NCBI GenBank assembly: GCA_964035575.1
Contig: OZ037835.1
Coordinates: forward strand, 186,001 to 250,000
Length of the DNA stretch: 64,000 bases
Source of the DNA: Rhynchopus sp. YZ270_cl-10
Lineage: Eukaryota
Direction of reading: 5' to 3'
Shown here: piece by piece, positions 31,863-42,258 of the stretch
How positions within the stretch are numbered: position 1 is the first letter of the stretch
Layout: every line of letters begins with the position of its first letter
Notes under the pieces: generated by a model
The model's input: only the letters and a program-made list of their open reading frames with translations
The model's database searches: none
What the model was told of the DNA's origin: nothing
Program-made: the position numbers and the translations under genes

Positions 31863-33613
31863 TAAAAAGAGGGAAAGTTAGGGGGAAAGAAGTTAAAGAG
31901 GAGGGAGGAAGTTGAGGGAGAGAAGGGTGACCTTCGAGGAGCCGAAAAGAGGCGAAAAAAGGGTGTTTTTTTGTATAGTTTTGTAATATGAACCTAGGAA
32001 GCACGGTGCATTAAGTTCACCAAAAGAGAGAGTAAGTAAGGGGAAATTTTAGTAATGAAGGAGGAAGGGAGGAAACCTGTTTTCAGGATGTCGGTGGGCT
32101 GTAACCTAGGGTACAATTGGGCGTAATTCGGTAAATTTGGGAAATTGGCCAAAAATGCAGTTTTTTTTTGCCGTTTTTTGTACTTTTGACTTGATTTTCG
32201 GTCGTCACATTCCCCAAATCTTCCCACTTATGTGCTGTTTCCCTACAAATCAATATATAATCAAAAACGGCGATGAAAAATATGCCTTGGTGACTGTGTG
32301 AGCAAGCAAAACAGGTCACCCCCCGGGAAAGCCTCTCTCAAAAACATCTGAGTTGTACTGGTGGTGTGACTGGGTGTTATTGGGGCGTAGTAAGGGTGAA
32401 ATTGACCCCAGGTGGGTCCAGATGGGCTGTGTTGGGTCCGGGTGGGTAAATAAACATTACAAGAAAGGGAACAGAAAAAGAAGAAACAGCAGACAGAGTC
32501 TGCTGGAGTTGCAATAATAAAACAGAACAAAATGACAAAATGACAAGATGACAAGATGATCTTTGAAAACACCTGTAGCATGAGTCTTGATTGAGAGTCA
32601 TCTGAAGAAAGAAAAGCTTTTATTTTTCTTTCCTTCAAAACTTCACACACAACGCTTTTGGTTTTTGGAAGACACACAAGGTGCCAGGTTCTATGATATG
32701 CACGGAACCACCCTGCACCTGTTTGTCATATTGTTTCCCGTGCAATACATGGAGAAACGTTTCACACTCGAAACTAGGGAAAGCTTTTTGATAAAAATTA
32801 GCGAAATACAAAAACCAGCGCGTGTGGAAGAAAAAAGGAGAGGAAAATATTTTTTCTGATTCAAAGTGGTGTTTATGTTTTGGGTACGGGGCGGAGAATA
32901 AAATCTGTTCGATAAAAGAAACGCGAGCTTATTGTTTTATCTTGTTCAAAGAAAAATGAGTAATTTCATCATATGTAATCAATAAATTGAAGTATATGGT
33001 GAGGGATCAACAAAATTGTTCCCATCTAAGATTCTTTCTTTTAAAAAATTATGGGGAAAAAAAAAGTTTATAAGATGACCCTAAGCCTCTCGTGCTGAGT
33101 CACATTAAAAAAACTTCAAAAAGAAAAAAATGAGCTCAACCTTACTAAAAAGGGCGCGAAAGTTGTTGTGGAAAATCGCACATTATTTTGTGGGATGTGT
33201 GCGGTTCTTAGTCGTGCAAAAGAAAAAAGCACAAAATAGAAACCGCCAACAATAAAGACAATAAAGACAAAAGGGAAAGGTTGTGGTGAAACGCACACAT
33301 CTCGACCTGTCGGTGAAGTGTGGCTCTTCTCCAACCCTCCCCAGAACAGAAAATAGAAAAAGTAGGGGGCACGGTGTTCAATTTCCTTTTTAGCGTTGTA
33401 TGCAATAGGTGCCCCTTCAGTGCACCAGGTACAGCACATCTCTTAAGAAAGTCGAACATTAGCTAACAGAAAAAGAAAAAAGAAAAAAGAAGGAAATAAA
33501 AAGAAAATAACACATTCGCACAATCCTCCACCAGGAAAAGTCGACATCAAAAGTAGAAATTTGGTGTGCAAAAAAAAACGCGGAAAAAAACGAGCCTTTT
33601 CTGTTTTGATTTA

Positions 33614-33714
33614 CCGACCCTCCCCCGTGAAATTGTCCCCCCTGGAAGAAAAAGTGAGGGGGGTACAATATCTCGGTTTTTTTTTGGGGGGACAATTTCA
33701 CGGGGGAGGGTCGG
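33614..33714. mobile_element. TA-flanked MITE (Tc1/mariner-like), internally deleted, just downstream of gene 3
   Basis: TA|CCGACCCTCCCCCGTGAAATTGTCCCCC ... GGGGGACAATTTCACGGGGGAGGGTCGG|TA. Confidence 0.8.
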
Positions 33715-33756
33715 TATTTCTTTTTCGAATTCAATTTGTTTTTCTTTGGACCCTTT

Positions 33757-36700
33757 TTACACATCCTGTGCATAATCCTCACTACCACTCTGAGGAGAGG
33801 CCAGCACATTCCCGACGGCACTCATCCCTCTGAAGGTACGTGCACGTGGCCCCCCTGGACTCACACCAGCACGCCCGGCACCCATGCCCAGCGCTACGGA
33901 TCTGGTGTTGCGTGCTGGGAGCGAGGCGGCAAGGTTCTGCTGTGGGAAGCTGACCCCACCCCCTCCCCCTGCTCCCCACCCATCTGCAATGCTGATGCTA
34001 CTGTTGCTGCCTGGTGGGTCGCTTGGGGACACACCACTACCACCCCCAGACACACCAGAAAGAGGCAGATGCACAGCAGACCCCAGCTCTTGCAGCGGGA
34101 CGGCTGGGGTGTAATACGAGTCTCCTGCATTTCCCGCATCGACCACACGAGAGAACCCGAGCCCGGAGTCGGCGCCACCACTCCTTACGCTCAAGCGATT
34201 CAGGGCTGCACTGGATTGCGGTAGATCAGCAGTACGAGGGCTCAACCCTTGCAGTGAGGAGCGGGTCGTTGAATTGATGGAATCAACCTCGAGCTCCCCA
34301 AAGACAGAAAGATAGCCCTTTTCGTCTACTTCACGCGACGCTCCGGTACGTTGATCATCCTTCGCCCAGAGCGTGTCCTGTGTGATGCGTCTGCGTGAGG
34401 ATGCAATGACATAGATGTCTGACACTGCATCCACCGCCGCCTTGATCAGAATCGCGACCATCGCAACTGTCAGCACCGTGACAGCGGTTTCGAATCTACT
34501 GTCATTCAGATCTTCGCTGTAGTACGCAAGCCCTTGAAACACCATGGCGGCAGTGGTAGCGAGGTATACCAAGGTGTACAGCGCATTGTCCCGCGGTCTA
34601 CAATACGGCCGCAACGATCCAACAAAAATTGCCATGGACAGAAACAGAACAGCAAGCCCCATCCGGAGGTGCCCGCACTGCACGAAATCCGTTGTGTCCG
34701 GCACCGTCAGCGCCCCCGCAGCGAACATCATCAAGAAGAAAAACGCACAAAACCACGCAGACGCCTGACGGTACGGACGCACCGGGGACATATGGTTTCT
34801 CAACCACAGATCCCCTCGCGACACTGCCACCCATTCACCTGGACCGAGCAGAATCCTTCCTATCGTCCCCACCTCTGTCCCTGCATACACCGCACTCTTT
34901 GGCACCCCTCTCCACACACGGTACACCACCCAAAACGGCACTGCAACACAAAAGATCAGGCCAAAAAGACCGGCAAGAAATTGCCCCAAATTGCGTGGAT
35001 AAATGATAAGGTATTGTGTCACAAACACTGTTCCTTGATACAGCAGTATAAAGACGTACAGCCAGACCGAAGGAAGGCCGCCAAATCCTGCATAATGCGC
35101 AAACCCTGAAAGAAACGTTGATCCCGATGCGTCTGCTGCGCGGGACAACACATAGAGCAGACCAGAGGCGGCCAGGATGAGGCAGAGGTTGCCTACTAGC
35201 GCACCGAGGTGTTGGCTGTTGTCGATTTCGAGGCCGAGGACGTTGACGCCGAGGGGCAGGTCAGAGTGCAGGCCGCATTGCGGTGTGCCGACAAGGCCGA
35301 TGGTGGCGCCTGAGGCAGCGGAGTTGACGCTCACGATGCCTAATGCCGGTGCAGTCGCTGCTGCTTCGGAACGTTGTGCTGCAGAGAGCTCGGCTGCAGA
35401 GATGACGAGGTCGCAGCTCTGTGCAGCGTCGTTTCCGTCGTGTGTGACAGTGATGCGGATGTGCTCTGACGAAGTGTAGTGTGCGTCGCCAAGTGCCAGG
35501 AGCACACCACCAGGTCGCTGAGGGTGTGCCGTCAGAACAACAAAGCCGTCCTGCGTGGAGGCCCACTCCGCGCCGTATTTCTCGTGGTTGCCAGAAAGGG
35601 AGGTGACAGTGGTTGTGAGCTCGGAGGCGGGGACGGGAAGGCCGGACGGATGGTAGGCCCCGATCGAGAGTTTGTGTGCGCGCAGGTCTGCTGCGGTTGC
35701 CTCAGAGGGGCATTCGAGGTGGAGGGGATCCACCTCAGGAGCAGGTGTGTCTGTGGACGGTGCTAAGGACCTGATGTGAGGGCTGAAGGTGTTGCGCGGT
35801 GGTGTGAGTGTTGCGTGCACGTCGGTGGGTGGTGTGAACGTTGCGTGAGGTGCAAACGTCGTATCAGGTGTGGGTCTCGTGTCTGGTGTAGACGTCGTGT
35901 CCAGTGGTGGGGGTGTGCCTGCGAGAGGTGCTGCTGTGTTCGGCCCGGTGTTGCCGTTGGGCGGCGAGAATGTGAACACCATGCGTGGTGCAACAGTGCG
36001 CGGCACCCGTGGGCGTGGTGTTGCAGGGGACCTTGATGCAGGGAATGGCGCTAGAGTTGTCGGTGCCAAGCTTGCCGCAGCTGTCGTAGGAGCCATCGTC
36101 ACTGCAGATGTGACTGGAAGGCCGGTTGCTGGCAACGTAGCGGGCGACACAGTTGCCGTCGATGCTGGCGGTGACGCGGTGTCCGGGGTCTGGGTTTGCG
36201 GAGGGTCTGTTGTCAGCATCTGCTGTGGCAGAGCTGTGGGAGCAGGTGTTAGTGGTGACAGAGTGACCGGAGCCGGAGTAGTGGACACAGTCACAGGCAC
36301 GGCTGTGGGAGGGGACAGTGTCGGTGCCTCAGTAACCAGTGTCGTTGGTGCCGGCAGCACTGCTGTAAATGTCACAGGTGCCAGTGTCGGTTGCTCAGCA
36401 GTTTGTGGTGACGGCGTAAGTGTTGGTGGTGCTGGTGTTAGCGTATTAGGCGACGGTGTTGATGGTGACGGTGTAGGTGGCGACATTGTTGAAGGAATCA
36501 ATGTTACACCTCCACCAAGCACCGACGGCGACGGCGTATTAGGTGATGGTGTTGATGGTGACGGTGTGGGTGGCGACAGTGTTGAAGGAATCAATGTTAC
36601 ACCTCCACCAAGCACCGACGGCGACGGCGTATTAGGTGATGGTGTTGATGGTGACGGTGTGGGTGGCGACATTGTTGAAGGAATCAATGTTACACCGCCA

Positions 36701-39700
36701 CCAAGCACAGACGGCGACGGCGTATTAGGCGATGGTGTTGATGGTGACGGTGTAGGTGGCGACATTGTTGAAGGAATCAATGTTACACCGCCACCAAGCA
36801 CAGACGGCGACGGCGTATTAGGCGATGGTGTTGATGGTGACGGTGTAGGTGGCGACATTGTTGAAGGAATCAATGTTACACCTCCACCAAGCACCGACGG
36901 CGACGGCGTATTAGGTGATGGTGTTGATGGTGACGGTGTGGGTGGCGACATTGTTGAAGGAATCAATGTTACACCGCCACCAAGCACAGACGGCGACGGC
37001 GTATTAGGCGATGGTGTTGGTGGTGACGGTGTAGGTGGCGACATTGTTGAAGGAATCAATGTTACACCTCCACCAAGCACAGACGGCGACGGCGTATTAG
37101 GTGATGGTGTTGATGGTGACGGTGTAGGTGGCGACATTGACGAAGGAATCAATGTTACACCTCCACCAAGCACAGAGGGCGACGGCGTATTAGGCGACGG
37201 TGTTGATGGTGACGGTGTAGGTGGCGACATTGTTGAAGGAATCAATGTTACACCTCCACCAAGCACCGACGGCGACGGCGTATTAGGCGATGGTGTTGGT
37301 GGTGACGGTGTAGGTGGCGACATTGTTGAAGGAATCAATGTTACACCTCCACCAAGCACAGACGGCGACGGCGTATTAGGTGATGGTGTTGATGGTGACG
37401 GTGTAGGTGGCGACATTGACGAAGGAATCAATGTTACACCTCCACCAAGCACAGAGGGCGACGGCGTATTAGGCGATGGTGTTGGTGGTGACGGTGTAGG
37501 TGGCGACATTGTTGAAGGAATCAATGTTACACCTCCACCAAGCACAGACGGCGACGGCGTATTAGGTGATGGTGTTGATGGTGACGGTGTGGGTGGCGAC
37601 ATTGTTGAAGGAATCAATGTTACACCTCCACCAAGCACAGACGGCGACGGCGTATTAGGTGATGGTGTTGATGGTGACGGTGTGGGTGGCGACATTGTTG
37701 AAGGAATCAATGTTACACCTCCACCAAGCACAGACGGCGACGGCGTATTAGGTGATGGTGTTGATGGTGACGGTGTAGGTGGCGACATTGACGAAGGAAT
37801 CAATGTTACACCTCCACCAAGCACAGAGGGCGACGGCGTATTAGGCGATGGTGTTGGTGGTGACGGTGTAGGTGGCGACATTGTTGAAGGAATCAATGTT
37901 ACACCTCCACCAAGCACCGACGGCGACGGCGTATTAGGCGATGGTGTTGGTGGTGACGGTGTAGGTGGCGACATTGTTGAAGGAATCAATGTTACACCTC
38001 CACCAAGCACAGACGGCGACGGCGTATTAGGTGATGGTGTTGATGGTGACGGTGTGGGTGGCGACATTGTTGAAGGAATCAATGTTACACCTCCACCAAG
38101 CACAGACGGCGACGGCGTATTAGGTGATGGTGTTGATGGTGACGGTGTAGGTGGCGACATTGACGAAGGAATCAATGTTACACCTCCACCAAGCACAGAG
38201 GGCGACGGCGTATTAGGCGATGGTGTTGGTGGAGACGGTGTAGGTGGCGACATTGTTGAAGGAATCAATGTTACACCTCCACCAAGCACAGACGGCGACG
38301 GTGTTACAGGTGCAGGTGTCGATGGCGAAGGCGTCAGAGATGCCGGTGTTGGCGGCGAAGGTGTTACAGGTGCCGGTGTAGGAGGTGACGGTGTAGGTGG
38401 CGACATTGACGAAGGAATCAATGTTACACCTCCACCAAGCACAGAGGGCGACGGCGTATTAGGCGATGGTGTTGGTGGAGACGGTGTAGGTGGCGACATT
38501 GTTGAAGGAATCAATGTTACACCTCCACCAAGCACAGACGGCGACGGTGTTACAGGTGCAGGTGTCGATGGCGAAGGCGTCAGAGATGCCGGTGTTGGCG
38601 GCGAAGGTGTTACAGGTGACGGTGTAGGAGGTGATGGAGTAACAGGTGCCGGTGCTGGCGGTGACGGTGTTACAGGTGCCGGTGTCGATGGCGAAGGTGT
38701 TACAGGTGCAGGTGTCAGTGTCGAAGGAGTTAGCGGACTCGGATTGGGTGGTGATGGTGTCGGGGGACTCGGAGTTGGTCGTGATGGTGACGGAGGACTC
38801 GGAGTTGGTGGTGACGGTGTCGGAGGACTCGGAGTTGGTGGTGACGTTGTCGGGGGACTCGGAGTTGGTGGTGATGGTGTCGGAGGATTCGGAGTTGGTG
38901 GTGATGGTGTCGGAGGACTCGGAGTTGGTGGTGATGGTGTCGGAGGACTCGGAGTTGGTGGTGATGGTGTCGGAGGACTCGGAGTTGGTGGTGATGGTGT
39001 CGGAGGACTCGGAGTTGGTGGTGATGGTGTCGGAGGACTCGGAGTTGGTGGTGATGGTGTCGGAGGACTCGGAGTTGGTGGTGACGTTGTCGGGGGACTC
39101 GGAGTTGGTGGTGATGGTGTCGGAGGATTCGGAGTTGGTGGTGATGGTGTCGGAGGACTCGGAGTTGGTGGTGATGGTGTCGGAGGACTCGGAGTTGGTG
39201 GTGATGGTGTCGGAGGACTCGGAGTTGGTGGTGATGGTGTCGGAGGACTCGGAGTTGGTGGTGATGGTGTCGGAGGACTCGGAGTTGGTGGTGATGGTGT
39301 CGGAGGACTCGGAGTTGGTGGTGACGGTGTCGGAGGACTCGGAGTCGGTGGTGACGGTGTCGGAGGACTCGGAGTTGGTGGGGACGGTGTCGGAGGACTC
39401 GGAGTCGGTGGTGATGGTGTCGGAGGACTCGGAGTTGGTGGGGACGGTGTCGGAGGACTTGGAGTCGGTGGTGACGGTGTCGGAGGACTCGGAGTTGGTG
39501 GGGACGGTGTCGGAGGACTCGGAGTCGGTGGGGACGGTGTCGGAGGACTTGGAGTCGGTGGTGACGGTGTCGGAGGACTCGGAGTTGGTGGGGACGGTGT
39601 CGGAGGACTCGGAGTCGGTGGGGACGGTGTCGGAGGACTCGGAGTTGGTGGGGACGGTGTCGGAGGACTTGGAGTCGGAGGACTCGGAGTCGGTGGTGAC

Positions 39701-42150
39701 GGTGTCGGAGGACTCGGAGTTGGTGGTGACGGTGTCGGAGGACTCGGAGTTGGTGGGGACGGTGTCGGAGGACTTGGAGTCGGAGGACTTGGAGTCGGTG
39801 GTGACGGTGTCGGAGGACTCGGAGTTGGTGGGGACGGTGTCGGAGGACTCGGAGTCGGTGGGGACGGTGTCGGAGGACTTGGAGTCGGTGGTGACGGTGT
39901 CGGAGGACTCGGAGTTGGTGGTGATGGTGTCGGAGGACTCGGAGTCGGTGGTGATGGTGTCGGAGGACTTGGAGTCGGTGGTGATGGTGTCGGAGGACTC
40001 GGAGTCGGTGGTGACGGTGTCGGAGGACTTGGAGTCGGAGGACTCGGAGTCGGTGGTGATGGTGTCGGAGGACTCGGAGTCGGTGGTGATGGTGTCGGAG
40101 GACTTGGAGTTGGTGGGGACGGTGTCGGAGGACTCGGAGTTGGTGGTGATGGTGTGGGAGGACTTGGAGTAGGAGGACTCGGAGTCGGTGGGGACGGTGT
40201 CGGAGGACTTGGAGTCGGTGGTGACGGTGTCGGAGGACTCGGAGTTGGTGGGGACGGTGTCGGAGGACTTGGAGTCGGTGGTGATGGTGTCGGAGGACTC
40301 GGAGTCGGTGGTGACGGTGTCGGAGGACTCGGAGTTGGTGGGGACGGTGTCGGAGGACTTGGAGTCGGTGGTGATGGTGTCGGAGGACTCGGAGTCGGTG
40401 GTGACGGTGTCGGAGGACTTGGAGTCGGAGGACTCGGAGTCGGTGGTGATGGTGTCGGAGGACTCGGAGTCGGTGGTGATGGTGTCGGAGGACTTGGAGT
40501 TGGTGGGGACGGTGTCGGAGGACTCGGAGTTGGTGGTGATGGTGTGGGAGGACTTGGAGTAGGAGGACTCGGAGTCGGTGGGGACGGTGTCGGAGGACTT
40601 GGAGTCGGTGGTGACGGTGTCGGAGGACTCGGAGTTGGTGGGGACGGTGTCGGAGGACTTGGAGTCGGTGGTGATGGTGTCGGAGGACTTGGAGTCGGTG
40701 GTGACGGTGTCGGAGGACTCGGAGTTGGTGGGGACGGTGTCGGAGGACTTGGAGTCGGTGGTGATGGTGTCGGAGGACTTGGAGTTGGTGGGGACGGTGT
40801 CGGAGGACTCGGAGTTGGTGGTGACGGTGTCGGAGGACTCGGAGTCGGTGGGGACGGTGTCGGAGGACTTGGAGTCGGTGGTGATGGTGTCGGAGGACTT
40901 GGAGTTGGTGGGGACGGTGTCGGAGGACTCGGAGTTGGTGGTGATGGTGTGGGAGGACTTGGAGTAGGAGGACTCGGAGTCGGTGGGGACGGTGTCGGAG
41001 GACTTGGAGTCGGTGGTGATGGTGTCGGAGGACTTGGAGTCGGTGGTGACGGTGTCGGAGGACTCGGAGTTGGTGGGGACGGTGTCGGAGGACTTGGAGT
41101 CGGTGGTGATGGTGTCGGAGGACTCGGAGTCGGTGGTGACGGTGTCGGAGGACTCGGAGTTGGTGGGGACGGTGTCGGAGGACTTGGAGTCGGTGGTGAT
41201 GGTGTCGGAGGACTCGGAGTCGGTGGTGACGGTGTCGGAGGACTTGGAGTCGGAGGACTCGGAGTCGGTGGTGATGGTGTCGGAGGACTCGGAGTCGGTG
41301 GTGATGGTGTCGGAGGACTTGGAGTTGGTGGGGACGGTGTCGGAGGACTCGGAGTCGGTGGTGATGGTGTGGGAGGACTTGGAGTAGGAGGACTCGGAGT
41401 CGGTGGTGATGGTGTCGGAGGACTTGGAGTTGGTGGGGACGGTGTCGGAGGACTCGGAGTTGGTGGTGATGGTGTGGGAGGACTTGGAGTCGGAGGACTC
41501 GGAGTCGGTGGTGACGGTGTCGGAGGACTCGGAGTTGGTGGTGACGGTGTCGGAGGACTTGGAGTCGCTGGTGATGGTGTTGGTGGTGCATCAGTGTCTG
41601 GAGCATTTGTCGCATCGCACGCATAGAACTTGAAGTTCTTGACAGTGCCGTCGAGCGCCGCATCATGGGGCCACGGGCTTCTCTCCACGAGGTTGATCGT
41701 GCGTGTGGCCATGAGGGGAAGAGCTGCGACACCACTCACGCGCTCGACACCATCGATGTAGAGCACAGCCGACCCTGTCGTAGGGCCCGTGCGTGTGTAC
41801 ACCAGCACCATAGACATCTCGACACCCAACGGCGAGGCTATGGGGTCCACGATCCCAGCCTTCCTTGCGGCGGCGTGGTACACATGGGAGTCCCACTTCC
41901 CCTGATATATCCCAAGCAGCACATTGTCCTGGGCTGCTCCATTCGAAAAGTCAAACACACGTCCCCAAGACGTCGCTGCATTCACGGTCACATCCGCCTC
42001 CATCCGGAACCCACCCCCAAAGGTTAGAGTTCGGGTAGAGTCATGTTCACTGCTGTCTGCGAACGACGTGAGCAGGATGGGAGCAGCACACGGCTGTGGT
42101 GGCACAGCTGCAGCACTGCATATCAAAGCAGACAAGAATGCAAATCGCAT
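33757..42150 (-). CDS. Surface protein, gene 3 (type A anchor): signal peptide, 1 LamG/ConA-like cassette, ~1950-aa stalk, 7-8 TM domain
   Basis: ORF 33757-42444; start reassigned to MRFAF at 42150 because the extension runs through the acceptor block into a MITE. C-terminus nearly identical to gene 1. Confidence 0.9.
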   Translation of the reverse strand: MRFAFLSALICSAAAVPPQPCAAPILLTSFADSSEHDSTRTLTFGGGFRMEADVTVNAATSWGRVFDFSNGAAQDNVLLGIYQGKWDSHVYHAAARKAGIVDPIASPLGVEMSMVLVYTRTGPTTGSAVLYIDGVERVSGVAALPLMATRTINLVERSPWPHDAALDGTVKNFKFYACDATNAPDTDAPPTPSPATPSPPTPSPPTPSPPTPSPPTPSPPTPSPPTPSPPTPSPPTPSPPTPSPPTPSPPTPSPPTPSPPTPSPPTPSPPTPSPPTPSPPTPSPPTPSPPTPSPPTPSPPTPSPPTPSPPTPSPPTPSPPTPSPPTPSPPTPSPPTPSPPTPSPPTPSPPTPSPPTPSPPTPSPPTPSPPTPSPPTPSPPTPSPPTPSPPTPSPPTPSPPTPSPPTPSPPTPSPPTPSPPTPSPPTPSPPTPSPPTPSPPTPSPPTPSPPTPSPPTPSPPTPSPPTPSPPTPSPPTPSPPTPSPPTPSPPTPSPPTPSPPTPSPPTPSPPTPSPPTPSPPTPSPPTPSPPTPSPPTPSPPTPSPPTPSPPTPSPPTPSPPTPSPPTPSPPTPSPPTPSPPTPSPPTPSPPTPSPPTPSPPTPSPPTPSPPTPSPPTPSPPTPSPPTPSPPTPSPPTPSPPTPSPPTPSPPTPSPPTPSPPTPSPPTPSPPTPSPPTPSPPTPSPPTPSPPTPSPPTPSPPTPSPPTPSPPTPSPPTPSPPTPSPPTPSPPTPSPPTPSPPTPSPPTPSPPTPSPPTPSPPTPSPPTPSPPTPSPPTPSPPTPSPPTPSPPTPSPPTPSPPTPSPPTPSPPTPSPPTPSPPTPSPPTPSPPTPSPPTPSPPTPSPPTPSPPTPSPPTPSPPTPSPPTPSPPTPSPPTPSPPTPSPPTPSPPTPSPPTPSPPTPSPPTPSPPTPSPPTPSPPTPSPPTPSPPTPSPPTPSPPTPSPPTPSPPTPSPPTPSPPTPSPPTPSPPTPSPPTPSPPTPSPPTPSPPTPSPPTPSPPTPSPPTPNPPTPSPPTPSPPTTSPPTPSPPTPSPPTPSPPTPSPPTPSPPTPSPPTPSPPTPSPPTPSPPTPSPPTPSPPTPSPPTPNPPTPSPPTPSPPTTSPPTPSPPTPSPPTPSPPSPSRPTPSPPTPSPPNPSPLTPSTLTPAPVTPSPSTPAPVTPSPPAPAPVTPSPPTPSPVTPSPPTPASLTPSPSTPAPVTPSPSVLGGGVTLIPSTMSPPTPSPPTPSPNTPSPSVLGGGVTLIPSSMSPPTPSPPTPAPVTPSPPTPASLTPSPSTPAPVTPSPSVLGGGVTLIPSTMSPPTPSPPTPSPNTPSPSVLGGGVTLIPSSMSPPTPSPSTPSPNTPSPSVLGGGVTLIPSTMSPPTPSPSTPSPNTPSPSVLGGGVTLIPSTMSPPTPSPPTPSPNTPSPSVLGGGVTLIPSTMSPPTPSPPTPSPNTPSPSVLGGGVTLIPSSMSPPTPSPSTPSPNTPSPSVLGGGVTLIPSTMSPPTPSPSTPSPNTPSPSVLGGGVTLIPSTMSPPTPSPSTPSPNTPSPSVLGGGVTLIPSTMSPPTPSPPTPSPNTPSPSVLGGGVTLIPSSMSPPTPSPSTPSPNTPSPSVLGGGVTLIPSTMSPPTPSPPTPSPNTPSPSVLGGGVTLIPSTMSPPTPSPSTPSPNTPSPSVLGGGVTLIPSSMSPPTPSPSTPSPNTPSPSVLGGGVTLIPSTMSPPTPSPPTPSPNTPSPSVLGGGVTLIPSTMSPPTPSPSTPSPNTPSPSVLGGGVTLIPSTMSPPTPSPSTPSPNTPSPSVLGGGVTLIPSTMSPPTPSPSTPSPNTPSPSVLGGGVTLIPSTMSPPTPSPSTPSPNTPSPSVLGGGVTLIPSTLSPPTPSPSTPSPNTPSPSVLGGGVTLIPSTMSPPTPSPSTPSPNTLTPAPPTLTPSPQTAEQPTLAPVTFTAVLPAPTTLVTEAPTLSPPTAVPVTVSTTPAPVTLSPLTPAPTALPQQMLTTDPPQTQTPDTASPPASTATVSPATLPATGLPVTSAVTMAPTTAAASLAPTTLAPFPASRSPATPRPRVPRTVAPRMVFTFSPPNGNTGPNTAAPLAGTPPPLDTTSTPDTRPTPDTTFAPHATFTPPTDVHATLTPPRNTFSPHIRSLAPSTDTPAPEVDPLHLECPSEATAADLRAHKLSIGAYHPSGLPVPASELTTTVTSLSGNHEKYGAEWASTQDGFVVLTAHPQRPGGVLLALGDAHYTSSEHIRITVTHDGNDAAQSCDLVISAAELSAAQRSEAAATAPALGIVSVNSAASGATIGLVGTPQCGLHSDLPLGVNVLGLEIDNSQHLGALVGNLCLILAASGLLYVLSRAADASGSTFLSGFAHYAGFGGLPSVWLYVFILLYQGTVFVTQYLIIYPRNLGQFLAGLFGLIFCVAVPFWVVYRVWRGVPKSAVYAGTEVGTIGRILLGPGEWVAVSRGDLWLRNHMSPVRPYRQASAWFCAFFFLMMFAAGALTVPDTTDFVQCGHLRMGLAVLFLSMAIFVGSLRPYCRPRDNALYTLVYLATTAAMVFQGLAYYSEDLNDSRFETAVTVLTVAMVAILIKAAVDAVSDIYVIASSRRRITQDTLWAKDDQRTGASREVDEKGYLSVFGELEVDSINSTTRSSLQGLSPRTADLPQSSAALNRLSVRSGGADSGLGFSRVVDAGNAGDSYYTPAVPLQELGSAVHLPLSGVSGGGSGVSPSDPPGSNSSISIADGWGAGGGGGVSFPQQNLAASLPARNTRSVALGMGAGRAGVSPGGPRARTFRGMSAVGNVLASPQSGSEDYAQDV
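36440..41585 (-). repeat. Coding tandem repeats of the gene 3 stalk (90-bp SVLGGGVTLIP units, 15-bp PPTPS units)
   Basis: Directly visible: 90-bp array ~36440-38540, 15-bp array ~38740-41585. Confidence 0.95.
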
Positions 42151-42258
42151 TTCTGTAGTGCGGTGTAATGTGGTGGGTTGGAGAGGGTGGGGTGGTGGGA
42201 GGGGACAACACAGAGGAAATAGAAAAAAATACTGTTCTTTTTGATTAAGCATAATACA

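Larger units (their letters stand above)
31590..33756. repeat. Segmental duplication: downstream flank of type A genes (paralog ~46100-48646)
   Basis: Collinear from AGTCCGACCCCGCAATTAATGG through the VNTR to the gene stop codon, with module swaps. Confidence 0.8.

Noticed and set aside
36440..38540. CRISPR-like periodic array (constant GAAGGAATCAATGTTACACCTCCACCAAGCAC)
   Set aside because: The intervening sequences are themselves repeats, the array is in-frame coding, and there are no cas genes in a eukaryotic context.
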